DNA of 25,880 bases from Tubiluchus corallicola (taxonomy: Eukaryota > Animalia > Priapulida), in contig JAQGDQ010001775.1 in NCBI GenBank assembly GCA_030141605.1, positions 1 through 25,880 of the forward strand, in the 5' to 3' direction. Under the pieces are notes generated by a model. That model saw nothing but the letters and a program-made list of their open reading frames with translations. It made no database searches and was not told the DNA's origin. Numbering within the stretch: the stretch's first letter is position 1; every line of letters starts with the position of its first letter. Position numbers and translations under genes: made by a program. This document shows positions 23,466 to 25,880 of this stretch, piece by piece.

Positions 23466-23547
23466 ATGAAGTCTTTTATTCTGTTACTACTATCGATTCT
23501 GGCAACTGCTGCCATCTGTGGACCAGTTTCTAACCAAATGCACTCCG
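23466..23547 (+). CDS. Trypsin-like (S1A) serine protease, exon 1 (signal peptide and start of propeptide)
   Basis: aacATG start; reads MKSFILLLLSILATAAICGPVSNQMHS, a classic signal peptide; phase-1 donor g|gtaaga. Confidence 0.8.
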
Positions 23548-24059
23548 GTAAGACTCGAATTTGCAGAATTTTGCAAATATTTTATAAGTTATAATCAAAT
23601 TAAATGTCCACAACGATTATTAGAGCACAGCTTTTAAAAGAATTTAATAATATATTTATTATTTTGTTCACAAGATCCAAGCTTCAAATGACCCGTGGGG
23701 TACTCGAGAAGTAATTACTTGTTGAGAGCACCCCCAAATGAATGTGGGGTGTTTTAATCACGTGCTTTAATTACCGTAACACGTTTGTTTATGAAATTAT
23801 AGTTGTGTATGTACAGCTTCTTTTGTGATACAAGATTTCAGTAAAGCTTTGAAGAAAACAATCGTCTTTTCAAGCACAACGCTTGACACAAATGTTTGTA
23901 GACATGTTTACAAAAGTCCAGAAATCATTTTTATTCTTCTGTCTTCTGTAAACAGAGCGCAGCTACTGAATAACAGACTATAAAAATCTCAGAAAATAAC
24001 CGGAAAAACAGAAACAGCACAAATTCGTTCATCTGCTGAAACTGTGGTGTTTCGTTGTG

Positions 24060-24559
24060 TAGGTTTTACACGTCAAATGTAGACACAGGAAAGTTCAAAT
24101 GTGACTTAGGTAAATCAAATGTAGACACAGGAAAGTTCAAATGTGACTTAGGTAAATCAAATGTAGACACAGGAAAGTTCAGATGTGACTTAGGTAAGTC
24201 AAATGTAGACACAGGAAAGTTCAAATGTGACTTAGGTAAGTCAAATGTAGACACAGGAAAGTTCAGATGTGACTTAGGTAAGTCAAATGTAGACACAGGA
24301 AAGTTCAAATGTGACTTAGGTAAGTCAAATGTAGACACAGGAAAGTTCAAATGTGACTTAGGTAAGTCAAATGTAGACATAGGACATTTGACTTGACATG
24401 TGTCTACATTTGACTTACCAAAAACGCTTAAGAATTGTTGAAAACCATTGCTAACACATTTGAATTACCTAAATTTACATTTGAGTTACGAAGACACATT
24501 TGAACTACCTAAATCTACATTTGACTTAACGTAGGTCTACGTTTGACGTGTAAAACCTA
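24060..24559. mobile_element. MITE with 25-bp TIRs and an internal 42-bp array (24072-24380, ~7 copies)
   Basis: taggttttacacgtcaaatgtagac / gtctacgtttgacgtgtaaaaccta (24/25); the terminal TA may be the TSD. Confidence 0.88.
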
Positions 24560-25062
24560 TATTAATGATTTTCTGCAGCTTTTACCGTAGAGAAACAGAT
24601 GAAAGACTTTTCTATACTTCTGTATTTACCTGTAAACATTTCTGCCAGTTATTGTGCATGAAAAGATTTCTTCTTAAAAGTTTTATTTCTCTATTGAAGG
24701 GATTGCTTTGCAATTTTACTGTTAATTTTCTTTCAACTCACATTTATTGCAGCACAGCATTACGTTTACTCACACACTCATACAAAGCTTATCATGCAAT
24801 TAATAATTATTATTTTGATAAACGTTATTAAAATTATTGATTATTGATGAAATTAACCCACGATTATCGAATATTGAACGCTGAATATTGAATCCAAACT
24901 TGACACAGAAAAAATATTTGACCAGGTCATTCAAGGACAAGAGATTGGACAGGACTTGCTCTGACCAGTGCTATGACCATTAAGCCACCAACGAGTCTGA
25001 TTTCAATTAATAATTTGGCTTCATTTCATCTGTAACTTTGCGATGTAATTTTTGCGTTTCAG

Positions 25063-25127
25063 ATTTTGCAGATGATTCACGAATAATGACGGGAACGGAA
25101 ACGTCAATCCAACTATATCCTTATACG
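25063..25127 (+). CDS. Trypsin-like serine protease, exon 2 (activation site); gene continues beyond window
   Basis: Acceptor tttttgcgtttcag, donor acg|gtcagt; phase 1 in, matching exon 1. Reads (D)FADDSR-IMTGTETSIQLYPYT, aligning with R-IVGG...PYQ. The phase-0 intron after PYx is the usual position in trypsin-family genes. Confidence 0.75.
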
Positions 25128-25238
25128 GTCAGTCCTAAGCCATCTATAATAAGCATCTAAATTAGCTCTTTCTTCATTCTGCGTTACCTTAAAATTTGAA
25201 GTGGTTAAATGGGTACAAGAGATGATTTTGTGGAAGAT

Positions 25239-25391
25239 GAATTGGAAATTTCCACTACCAGATGACACTCGTTCTGAATTGGGAATTTCCACCACCAGAT
25301 GGCAGTTATTCTGAATTGAGAATTTCCGCTGCCAGATGGCAGTCATTCTCAATTGAGAATTTCCACTACCAGATGGCAGTAATTCTGAATT
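25239..25391. repeat. 37-bp tandem repeat, ~4 copies
   Basis: Units begin at 25239, 25276, 25313, 25350. Confidence 0.9.
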
Positions 25392-25695
25392 CTGAATTTC
25401 TGTAGTGTACAGAAAGTCTTCACTATTTCATTCATGTTCCAAAGTCGTTTATTCTAAAGAGAATAATAACGAGAACATTAACAAGTAAGAAAAATAAATA
25501 GAATGATAAACAGAAGCATAATAATTAAGAAGAAGACAACCTATTGGTCAAAGTACTTTTACAAATTTCACAGATCGAATTCGTAAACTTAATTAAATTA
25601 TTTGAATTCATATAACTTACATCGTTGGCTCTTCATCAAGATTTGAAGTTTCTCTAGGAACAAATTTGGTAATAACTAAACGCTGTTGTTAACTA

Positions 25696-25880
25696 TAGGT
25701 TTTACACGTCAAATGTATATTTAGGTAATTCAAATGTGTCTTGGAAACTCAAATGTAGACTTAGGCAGTTCAAATGTGTTAACAATGGTTTTCAAGAAAT
25801 CTTGAGCGTTTTTGGTAAGTCAAATGCAGACACATGTCAAGTCAAATGTCCTATGTCTACATTTGACTTACCTAAGTCAA
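25696..25880. mobile_element. Second, inverted copy of the 24060-24559 MITE (cut by window end)
   Basis: Reverse complement of ~24355-24559, lacking about one 21-bp subrepeat. Confidence 0.88.

Noticed and set aside
23506-23524. Reverse-strand CTCF-like motif (ctgctgccatctgtgg)
   Set aside because: It lies within the signal-peptide codons T-A-A-I-C-G and the match is imperfect.
24055-24396. SNVDTGKFKCDLGK repeat protein
   Set aside because: It is the 42-bp array inside a MITE, open on both strands only because the unit is a multiple of 3 without stops in those frames.

Overview
AT-rich, repeat-dense animal (probably invertebrate) genomic DNA; no prokaryotic features and no CRISPR array. I reconstructed two spliced + strand genes by hand, almost entirely missed by the ORF track. 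(1) The last 8 coding exons (49-15335) of a cadherin-23/Cad87A-type cadherin: membrane-adjacent domain, transmembrane helix and ~140-aa cytoplasmic tail with RKLKAATA and PNTN..ANPIW motifs. All 7 introns are GT-AG and phase-compatible. (2) The first two coding exons (23466-23547, 25063-25127) of a secreted trypsin-like S1A protease. Introns and intergenic DNA hold ten minisatellite arrays (units 26-94 bp), microsatellites, MITEs, LINE fragments and a tRNA-derived SINE. The most unusual structures are: a 94-bp array that copies the cadherin exon end and splice donor ~35 times as AG-21 nt-GT cassettes; a 145-bp inverted repeat bracketing the cytoplasmic-tail exons; a 412-bp higher-order satellite; and several satellites visibly derived from transposon ends. 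Functional interpretations are hypotheses needing RNA data.
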